A DNA stretch of 24,587 bases, from positions 1-24,587 of the IMG/VR virus record IMGVR_UViG_3300033149_002325; one strand, 5' to 3'. The notes beneath the pieces are model-generated. The model did not search any database. It had not been told where the DNA came from and saw only the letters and a program-made list of their open reading frames with translations. This document shows, piece after piece, positions 1 through 7,800 of this stretch. Numbering within the stretch: position 1 is the first letter of the stretch; the number at the start of each line of letters is the position of its first letter. The translations under genes were made by a program, and so were the position numbers. Origin of the DNA: a virus. Lineage: Duplodnaviria > Caudoviricetes.

Positions 1-7
1 CCCCTCT

Positions 8-421
8 TTATCCACAGATATAGTAACCATTATTAATAATGTCATAAGTATAAGCGTCATGTTGTATAGCTTCAAATTTACTTACTTGTTTAAACGTGCC
101 TAGCCCTAATTTATTTGAATTTTTAAGATAATATAATGTAGCACGTCTACGCTCATCGACAAACAAGATACTTTCTTGATTAAATTTTTTTGCAATTGAT
201 AAGATATCTGCTTTATCAGAGTCATTTCTGAGCTGGCAGTAAAAACTATCCTCCTCGCGCTGTTTATATTGTCCACGCACAATTTTAAAGGGGATATGCA
301 GTTGAGCTAGTTTGCCGGCAATATCATGAGTATTGATACAATTTGTGCTAATATCGCAGTCTGATTGATACACACTAAAGATGATAAAAGGTTTATGTTT
401 TACTTGTTCTAATTCTCTCAT
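8..421 (-). CDS. S-adenosylmethionine lyase (T3 SAMase-like), putative anti-restriction protein
   Basis: 137 aa. Motif order matches T3 SAMase: FIIFS..., G-x-Y-K-x-x-EE-x-S (RGQYKQREEDS), A-x-x-F-N-QESIL, A-x-L-Y-Y, LGTFKQV, YTYD. AGGAGGT Shine-Dalgarno at 427-433 on the - strand. Confidence 0.75.
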   Translation of the reverse strand: MRELEQVKHKPFIIFSVYQSDCDISTNCINTHDIAGKLAQLHIPFKIVRGQYKQREEDSFYCQLRNDSDKADILSIAKKFNQESILFVDERRRATLYYLKNSNKLGLGTFKQVSKFEAIQHDAYTYDIINNGYYICG

Positions 422-467
422 AACACACCTCCTAAAAAATTAATATTTAGTAACCCCTCTGATTATT

Positions 468-496
468 AATATAGCACAACGTATACAATAAGTCAA
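468..496 (-). promoter_or_regulatory. sigma70-type promoter for the SAM lyase transcription unit
   Basis: Minus strand reads TTGACT-17 bp-TATATT with an extended -10 TG, about 45 nt upstream of the ATG. Confidence 0.8.
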
Positions 497-572
497 TCTT
501 TTTTTTACTTAATTTAAAAATATATCAGTGCAATAAATATACCATAAGATAACATATTGATTTAATTATTAC

Positions 573-690
573 TTTAAGATATATCTTAAAATTAATATGT
601 CAATAGTTTATACACTGTTTACTATATTATTAAATGATAACATAATGTTATCTAGTTGTATATGATTTTATCATGTACATAATATGTACA
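573..690. repeat. cluster of AT-rich palindromes
   Basis: TTTAAGATATATCTTAAA (573-590, perfect 18 bp), GATAACAT-A-ATGTTATC (636-652) and TGTACAT-AAT-ATGTACA (674-690). Confidence 0.6.
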
Positions 691-755
691 GATTAATAAA
701 CATATATATATATATTAAGGATAGAGCGTTCTGACTGAGTGAGTTTGGCATGTTT

Positions 756-849
756 AGAGGCAACAGAGGACGACAGAGAGGTTACAGAGGGACGACAAGA
801 GGGACAACAAGAGGACAACAAGGGACTACCGAGGGACGACAAGAGGACG
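756..849 (+). repeat. degenerate tandem array of about 9 purine-rich 9-12 bp units, consensus (A)AGAGG(G)ACRAC
   Basis: Units: AGAGGCAAC, AGAGGACGAC, AGAGAGGTTAC, AGAGGGACGAC, AAGAGGGACAAC, AAGAGGACAAC, AAGGGACTAC, CGAGGGACGAC, AAGAGGACG. Confidence 0.9.
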
Positions 850-890
850 TGTGTATAAACACACAAATAAAAACACCCACTTACAGACAA

Positions 891-952
891 TGACCATACA
901 TATATGGCAACGTATGGCAATGTATGGTAATGTATGGTAATGTATGGCAACG
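891..952 (+). repeat. 10-bp tandem array YRTATGGYAA x5, preceded by one inverted copy
   Basis: 901-950 reads TATATGGCAA CGTATGGCAA TGTATGGTAA TGTATGGTAA TGTATGGCAA. 891-900 TGACCATACA has reverse complement TGTATGGTCA. Confidence 0.92.
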
Positions 953-1258
953 CCAATCACAGACGTGGGGGGTGGGGGTTGAAATAGTGTAGGATAATAA
1001 AGGGTTAGTACACAGACGCACCATAAGGTGAAATTTTTAACACCCCCTTTTTTAAGTATGATTTAGACCGTGATCATAATATTATATTGATCAGTTATAT
1101 GAACGCATAGTCTTATAAATAGGATTATCGTATAAATAAACCCTTAATTATAGCATGAGTAGTCAGTGAGTAGTCGGCGCGGAATAAATCTTAACCCTGG
1201 CAGAACTTTAATATACTTATGACATGCCGGCTAAGAATGTATTATATAATAGACATTG

Positions 1259-1308
1259 TATCAATATATTCGATTTAGTAACACATAAATGTTACTAAAT
1301 CATTGATA
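1259..1308. repeat. inverted repeat with 12-bp perfect arms and a 6-bp spacer
   Basis: GATTTAGTAACA-CATAAA-TGTTACTAAATC (1272-1301), extended by TATCAAT (1259-1265) / ATTGATA (1302-1308). Confidence 0.8.
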
Positions 1309-1534
1309 TACCTGATATAAATATATTAAGATATGTATTATCCCGGCAATGTTTGAATTAATATGTCAATGTAATTAGACTACGACCGGTTTGCACCAAG
1401 AAGTATTCGTTAACAATGTGATTTTTGGTTTTGTCAAGAAGTTATCTTGTTTAATTAAAAATTTTTTTTATATGGGAAAAAAATTTTAAGATGTCTAAAC
1501 TTTGTTTTCTGTCCCTCATGTTGTTTATACTTCT

Positions 1535-1563
1535 ATTATACCATATTTTTACAAAAAAGTCAA
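1535..1563 (-). promoter_or_regulatory. leftward sigma70-type promoter pointing into the non-coding region
   Basis: Minus strand reads TTGACT-17 bp-TATAAT with an extended -10 TG (ATGG-TATAAT). Confidence 0.75.
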
Positions 1564-1608
1564 GATATTTCTTCAATTATTTTTATTTTAATTTATTTTA
1601 TTTTTTTC

Positions 1609-1637
1609 TTGACAAAGATATCTGGTTATGCTATAGT
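1609..1637 (+). promoter_or_regulatory. rightward sigma70-type promoter
   Basis: TTGACA (1609-1614)-17 bp-TATAGT (1632-1637) with TG extension and an AT-rich UP-like tract upstream. Confidence 0.85.
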
Positions 1638-1644
1638 GTATATA

Positions 1645-1692
1645 AGGAGATAAAATATGAATATAATTAGGAGGTAAAATATGAATATAATT
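1645..1692 (+). repeat. 24-bp tandem duplication of RBS plus start codon, creating a 6-codon uORF
   Basis: AGGAGATAAAATATGAATATAATT followed by AGGAGGTAAAATATGAATATAATT. The uORF at 1657-1677 reads MNIIRR*. Confidence 0.9.
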
Positions 1693-2295
1693 AGAAGAAA
1701 CATATATCTTACATCTGATTGGCATCTTAGACATGAAAATATAATAAAATATTGTAATAGGCCTTTTGTAAATTGTGATGAGATGGAGCGAATAATTATA
1801 AGAAATTATAGATGTTGTGTAAGAGATATTGATGTTGTTTTTTTCCTGGGTGATATAGGGTTATATGATTTTAAACATGTTAAAGAAATTATAAGTAGTT
1901 TACCGGGGAAAAAGATATTGATCAGGGGTAATCATGATAAGTGGGGAGATACATCTTATTATAATGCTGGATTTGATGTGGTGTTGCAAAGTGCTAGTAT
2001 GAAAGTTGGTAAGAATATTATAACTTTAGGACATTATCCGAGAAGAACTTTATCTGAATTTATAAGACTTATGATATTATATTGGAAAGATCCTAATAAG
2101 AGGGCTAAATCTTTTAAACACAAATGGGGAAGGTTCCTGCGAGAATGGAAGAAACATGAGCGGCCTGTTGGCAGTCAGTTACACTTATGTGGGCATGTCC
2201 ATGAGAAATGGAAGGTGAATGGGAACAACATAAATATTGGTGTGGATGTGTGGGATTTTAAACCTGTTAATTTAAACGATCTTATTAATTTATAA
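1681..2295 (+). CDS. calcineurin-like metallophosphoesterase
   Basis: Motifs SDWH, LGD, GNHD, GHYP and GHVH; strong AGGAGG RBS. Confidence 0.92.
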   Translation: MNIIRRNIYLTSDWHLRHENIIKYCNRPFVNCDEMERIIIRNYRCCVRDIDVVFFLGDIGLYDFKHVKEIISSLPGKKILIRGNHDKWGDTSYYNAGFDVVLQSASMKVGKNIITLGHYPRRTLSEFIRLMILYWKDPNKRAKSFKHKWGRFLREWKKHERPVGSQLHLCGHVHEKWKVNGNNINIGVDVWDFKPVNLNDLINL

Positions 2296-2307
2296 AGGAG
2301 GAGCATA

Positions 2308-2481
2308 GTGTATAAATTTATCAAGACACCGGACCCGGATAATCATTTTGAATGTGCATCTGTAGAAATGGAAGTAAATACTGTAGATTTACATGTTCTT
2401 TTAGAAGAATTTCAAGGCTTTCTAACCGCCTGTGGATTTCGGATTAACGGAGAAATAGATATAGTAAAGGAGGATAAATGA
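2308..2481 (+). CDS. hypothetical phage protein (57 aa; not in ORF track)
   Basis: GTG start after an AGGAGG RBS; MYKFIKTPDPDNHFECASVEMEVNTVDLHVLLEEFQGFLTACGFRINGEIDIVKEDK; ATGA overlap with the next gene. Confidence 0.8.
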   Translation: MYKFIKTPDPDNHFECASVEMEVNTVDLHVLLEEFQGFLTACGFRINGEIDIVKEDK

Positions 2482-2654
2482 AGAATAAAGTTATAAAAAT
2501 TCTTAGAAGATTAAGACAAAATAATGATATTGTTGAGGATTATAATTTTCCGGAAGAACAGAGGAAGAGAATTAAACAAATGGAAGAATTAGAGATTGAT
2601 TCATTTAATTATGCTCTGGAAATAGCTGAAAAAATTATTGATAAAGAAATTTGA
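2478..2654 (+). CDS. hypothetical phage protein (58 aa; not in ORF track)
   Basis: AAGGAGG RBS and ATGA coupling; MKNKVIKILRRLRQNNDIVEDYNFPEEQRKRIKQMEELEIDSFNYALEIAEKIIDKEI. Confidence 0.8.
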   Translation: MKNKVIKILRRLRQNNDIVEDYNFPEEQRKRIKQMEELEIDSFNYALEIAEKIIDKEI

Positions 2655-2662
2655 GGGAAAGT

Positions 2663-3379
2663 ATGGATAAATTTAAACTTAAAGAAAAGGTTATCTCTAA
2701 AATGGGCATGTATGGTTTATGCGAACCAGGCTCTGATAATCCAATTCTTTTTACAGCGGAGTTTTATCATATTTGTAAGAAATTAAAAATGTTTGATAAA
2801 GATGATTCTGACAGACTTGATAAGGCCTTATTGTTTTTGACAGAAAGCCCGGGCCTATTTAATAGAAGACCAAAATTGAACACACGAAAAGAAGACCATG
2901 ATAATTATGTTGGGATCGTTTCTTGTTCTGTATTGTCGAAGTATGCCCGAAAATGTCTTGAAAATATCTTGTGGTATGGTGAGCATAACTTCTATTCATA
3001 CGATAATACTCGTGTAAATACATATAGTTTTGATTGCCAAAGGCAAGGTTTTGACATATTTCTTTATAAAGTTGCTGCCGGCCATTCTCCGTGGCATTGG
3101 TTTGGGATTAATTATCTGTGGTTCATAGGCAAAATCTTTTTTGAGTTTAAATTCAAAGGAAAAGAATTTGAACACACTTCATCTCATTTACTTAGCTGGC
3201 TTCGATTCTTAACTATAGGTGATAATAAGTGGGTGAAACCTATCAAGAATTATTGGATTAAAAAAATGAAGAAAAAGTATGGGGAGAAATGGCTTTTGAC
3301 TATATTTAGGATATATTTTGGGGTATATAGTGAATTATCTGAATTAATTGAATGGCTTAACCCAGAGGATTATGTATGA
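2663..3379 (+). CDS. hypothetical protein, aromatic-rich and probably helical
   Basis: Long ORF in the operon. ATG 2663 after GAGG is preferred over TTG 2651. No family recognised. Confidence 0.75.
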   Translation: MDKFKLKEKVISKMGMYGLCEPGSDNPILFTAEFYHICKKLKMFDKDDSDRLDKALLFLTESPGLFNRRPKLNTRKEDHDNYVGIVSCSVLSKYARKCLENILWYGEHNFYSYDNTRVNTYSFDCQRQGFDIFLYKVAAGHSPWHWFGINYLWFIGKIFFEFKFKGKEFEHTSSHLLSWLRFLTIGDNKWVKPIKNYWIKKMKKKYGEKWLLTIFRIYFGVYSELSELIEWLNPEDYV

Positions 3380-4297
3380 GTCAAAATTCGCAAAAAAAGA
3401 AAGCATCTTCTCGTAAGTATGCTAATAGTAATAAAGGTCAGGAAAAAAAATAAGAAATGGACGGAACATAATTTGAAGAAAGTTAATGATACAAAATTGA
3501 AATGTCATTTTAAGAAGATTTATAAAATATCTAAAAAAGATTATGATGAGCTGTGCAAAAAGCAAGCGTATCGTTGTAAAATTTGTGGGGAATTACCGAG
3601 TAAAGGCAAGAGGTTATGTGTTGATCATGATCATAGTATTGGCAAAGTTCGTGGTTTATTATGCCATAAATGTAACACCGGGTTAGGGATGTTTCAGGAT
3701 AGTGCTACAATTATGCGTAAGGCTATCAAATATTTAAATTTACCTATTGAACGACCTAAAGCCATAGCAATTGATTTAGATGATTGCGTTCTTAATTTTT
3801 TGCATGTTTTATTGCGGCTGCATAATGAGATTCACAAGACGGCTTATCGACCACGAGATATGCGTAAATGGGTATTGCCGGAAGACGTCGCTCAAACATT
3901 CAAAGATTATGAGGAGTATTTATATGCTTCTTTGTCTAAGAAACCTGGAGTTGAGGAGGCATTAAAACGAATAAGAGCTAAGAATTACAAAATTGTTTTT
4001 ATTACTGCACGAAATGAAAAATTTAGAGAAGCTACAGAATTTAATCTTAAGAGATTAGGTATAGAATTTGATGAGTTGTTTTTCAATTCTCGTAAAGCGT
4101 TAAAATTAAATCGATTATCGGAACTTTTTGATATTTGTGCATTTATTGATGATAAGGTAGAGACAGTTGAAGCTGTACGTGAGAAAACCGATATCCCTAA
4201 TATTTATTTGGTAAGGATGCCGAGCAATTCAGGAGCGGTTTTATCTGAAGGAGTTATACGTATTAATAATTTACATGAAATAAAGGAGGTTGAGTAA
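3376..4297 (+). CDS. endonuclease VII-type HNH domain fused to a HAD-family 5'(3')-deoxyribonucleotidase; +1 frameshift in the A8 run at 3443-3450 (uninterrupted ORF is 3419-4297)
   Basis: EndoVII motifs CKIC, VDHDH, VRGLLCHKCNTGLG, followed by HAD motifs IAIDLDD, FITAR, K, FIDD. The coupled ATG at 3376 has an AGAGGA RBS but lies in a different frame until the A8 run. Confidence 0.8.
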
Positions 4298-4656
4298 TGT
4301 TTTATGTTGATGGGGATTATTTACCGGAATTAAAATGTATTAAGAAAAATGGAGAGGTAAAGAAAGAAGAAGTAGGACTAAAGTACGATGACGATAAGAT
4401 TAAACCACATCTGGTAAAGCCTGCGGCTCTTGAGGCTTTAATGGAAGTTTTGACAATGGGGGCGAAAAAATATAGTGAAGATAATTGGGAAAAGGTTCCT
4501 ACAGTTAAGTATGAAGATGCCTTAATTAGACATTATTTGGAACGGGGTAAAGGGGAGATATTTGATAGAGAATCAAAACTTTTTCATTCTGCGCATATGT
4601 TTGCTAACACTATGTTTTTATTAATGAAGGACATGGAACAATATGGGAAAAAATAA
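4297..4656 (+). CDS. DUF5664-family dATP/dGTP diphosphohydrolase-like protein
   Basis: GLKYDDDK, VLTMGAKKY-x-x-DNW, DALIRH, DRES-x-L-x-H-x-AH-x-x-AN-x-MFL. Confidence 0.85.
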   Translation: MFYVDGDYLPELKCIKKNGEVKKEEVGLKYDDDKIKPHLVKPAALEALMEVLTMGAKKYSEDNWEKVPTVKYEDALIRHYLERGKGEIFDRESKLFHSAHMFANTMFLLMKDMEQYGKK

Positions 4657-4831
4657 AAAGATGTTTTTTTGTTATGATTGTGGGAAAGCAGTTATCCCTT
4701 GTAAAGAGACTCAGAAAGTAATTGATATGTTTGATCTTTATCCTGAGCATTTGAAGGTACGGTGTCTGGCATGTAAGAAAAAAGATTACGACGCGTTAGT
4801 ACGTTTTGTAGAGGGGGTATGCCATGAATAA
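4643..4831 (+). CDS. small zinc-finger-like protein
   Basis: 62 aa with CYDC and CLAC pairs; overlaps the upstream gene end. Confidence 0.65.
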   Translation: MGKNKKMFFCYDCGKAVIPCKETQKVIDMFDLYPEHLKVRCLACKKKDYDALVRFVEGVCHE

Positions 4832-4835
4832 ACTC

Positions 4836-4864
4836 TTGACAAATAAAAAAAGGCATGGTATAGT
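4836..4864 (+). promoter_or_regulatory. sigma70-type promoter directly abutting the polymerase start codon
   Basis: TTGACA-17 bp-TATAGT with TG extension; the ATG at 4870 is only 5 nt downstream. Confidence 0.8.
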
Positions 4865-4869
4865 AAGCT

Positions 4870-7800
4870 ATGAGTAATCCAATTACAGTGATAATTGATT
4901 GTGAAACTAGATCAGAGGTTGATCTTAAAACTGTAGGTGATTGGATGTATTCCAAACATCCTTCGACTCGTTTATTGTGTCTTGCCTATAAAATAGATGA
5001 TACACCTACCCGGATAATAGATTTTAGAAAAGATACCGGGATTCCCGGTGATTTTAAAAGAGCGCTGGATGCCGGGGCACTGGTTGAGCCCTTCAATATT
5101 AACTTTGAATATGCTCTATGGACAAATATCTTGTCAGAACGTCATAATTGGCCTGTGCTGGACGTTGACCGTTTTAGATGTTCACAGGCGCGGGCCGCTC
5201 AATTTTCTTTACCACGGTCATTAGAGGCTGTCTCAAAGGCATTGTGTATTGACATAGAGAAAGATTCTGCAGGTAGAAAAGTTATGCTTCAGATGTGTAA
5301 ACCTAAAAAGCCGTCAAAGAAAGATCCGGGTTTGTGGTATGATGATGAGGAAAGATGGGAGAAGCTTTTATATTATTGTAAGCGTGATGTTGAGGTAACG
5401 TATAAGATTCGTAAAAAATTGATACAAATGACAAAAGATAAGAATTATTTTACTTCTCTTATATCCCCCCATAAAAACAAGGAATTACAAATATTTAAAT
5501 TGAATAATAAGATTAATTTACGTGGCGTCCATTGTGATTTAAAAAGCTGTAATACGGCGTTAGAATTGATTAATAAACATGAGATAATTTTAAACAATAA
5601 ATTATACGAAATTACTGGTGGTCGGATATCATCAGCAGGGCAAGTAGTTGAAATTCGTAAGTATTTACAGGAAAAAGGGGTTGTAATTCGTGATTTACAA
5701 TCATCAACTATAGAAAAAATGATACAGGAAACTACCGGTGATGAGCAAGCGATTCTTAAAATAAGACAACAACTTAGTAAATCTTCGACTAAAAAAATAA
5801 AAGCTATGATTCGCCACAGTGATGAACAAGGTTGTATCCGTAATTTGTTAATGTATTGTGGGGCTGCAAGGACAGGGAGATTTTGTGTGAGGAAAGGTAC
5901 GTACATAGATATAGTTAGAGATTTGTCGGCAGCCCCCAGAGGTATTAAAATTGAAGAGGTTAAGGAAGGTGATTTAGCTTATTGTTATGATGATGACATG
6001 AATCTCTGTATTAGGCCTGTTATTTGGGCGGGAAAGACCAAGACAGACAGAGTCATAAGGATACATTATAAGGGGCAGGGGAATAAGTATGGGGGTTATC
6101 TTGATGTTACAGAAGATCATAAGGTTAGATTAATTGACGGCTCGTACGTAGAGGCAAGGAAATTAAAAAAGTTAGACAGGGTAGCCGCCCTTAGTCGATC
6201 TATGACAAATGGATATTCTAGATTACATTATCGAAATTCTGAGATGAGAGAGCATAGATTTATATACGGAGAATTAAATGGAGAGTATCCTGAAGTAGTA
6301 CATCATAAAGATAGTAATAAGCTGAATAACAATATCGATAATTTAGAGGCCATGAATCTTTCGGGCCATTCTAAAAAACATACCTTAGATAGAATGAAAG
6401 ATGATAGTTACGTAGAATTTTTAAAAGCGCAATTAAGAAAAGTAGATAGAAGTAAAATAGGCATGAGTGGTGAAAGTAATCCTTGTTTTAAGAGATGTTC
6501 AAAGTTTCAGTTACTAAAATCTTTAGCTAAGCAGCAATTTAGAATAACTGAAGCCAATGATGTGATAGTATCGCATGTCACATTAAATAGAAAATGTGAA
6601 TTAGCCGGGTTCAAGTGGAAAGAAGTATCTAAAAGATATAGTAAAAAGGCAGGGTACATAAGCAGAGGTAAAGTATTACGTACTTTTGATTTGTTTAAAA
6701 CAAATAGAGATAGATTTAGGTATTTAGGTGTAGGCTATTATAGGTTTAAAGAGATATGTAATTATTATGGTATTGCGGTGAATAATCATAGAATAGAAAG
6801 GATTGAATATATAAATCAAGTAGACGATGTCTATGATATAGAAGTTAAAGAGTACCATAATTTTATAGCAAATGAGCTTTGCGTTCATAATTCAGGAAAA
6901 GGTGTGCAAATTCAAAACTTTATAGTTCCGATTTTAGATAAAGACCAGATTGAAGCAGTCCTTTATAGTTTACAGTCAGGCATAAACTATAAAGAGTTTT
7001 CCAAGCAATTTCCCGATGTTAATAGTGCAATTGCATCCGTATTACGGGGGCTAATAATACCGGGCGAAGGCAATGTATTTTTAGATTCAGACTTTTCAGC
7101 AATTGAGGCACGTATTTTATTTTGGCTGGCTGAGGAACAAGATGGTTTAGACATGTATTATAATCATATTGATATTTATAAAGAAATGGCCGGCATTATA
7201 TTTGATAAATCAATTGAAGAGGTAACGAAGTCTGATCGTGATCTTGGGAAACGCGCGATATTGGGCTGTTTTACGGCAGATACTAAAGTAATTACAAAAG
7301 AGGGTATAAAGAATATAATAGAAGTTAATAAAAATGATTTAGTTTGGGATGGGATAAATTGGGTAAAAACAAGAGGTTGTAAATATCAAGGATTAAAAAA
7401 AGTGATGAAAATGTTAAATGTGGGAGTAACACCAGATCACAAAATCTTAACAAAAAAAGGATGGAAAACTGCAAAAGAAGTGGTGCAAAAAGACAACATG
7501 CGATACCTGAAATCGGCTTTAGATATGGCGAACTTACCGTTCAAAGATATGAATACGGAGAACGTGGAGGCATCAAGGCAGTCAAAGTGTCATGTAGTTG
7601 TAACAAAGGTAATATCTACGATGTCGATTTTCATAACTTGGTTTATGGAAAGAGTACAAGATGTGATATATGTGCTAAAAATAAAAGCAAAAAAACTAAT
7701 CATAGAAAGTATTAGTGGAAATACAAAAAACAAATGCCAGACGTTGGACATAGGACGAGACTTCTCAATAGATTATCTTCTGCAATTGGTAGATGCCATA

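Noticed and set aside
756-952. CRISPR or mini-array interpretation of the repeats
   Set aside because: Units are 9-12 bp, directly adjacent, with no unique spacers; no cas genes are present.
693-956. 87-aa minus-strand ORF
   Set aside because: It is a translation of the repeat arrays (YHTLP-like and S/C/L low complexity), has no RBS, and the 10-bp period is not codon-compatible.
974-1047. Hammerhead ribozyme
   Set aside because: Topology and GAAA fit, but the core reads CAGACGC rather than CUGANGA and the stem I register conflicts with it.
1451-1519. 22-codon minus-strand ORF after the 1535-1563 promoter
   Set aside because: No Shine-Dalgarno, and it is mostly A/T homopolymers.
3780-3965. 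61-aa alternative-frame ORF
   Set aside because: Nested in the HAD domain, with no recognisable motifs or RBS.
7713-7715. TAG stop-codon reassignment
   Set aside because: TAG terminates the capsid and 528-aa genes just before terminator hairpins, and other genes are not fragmented by TAG.
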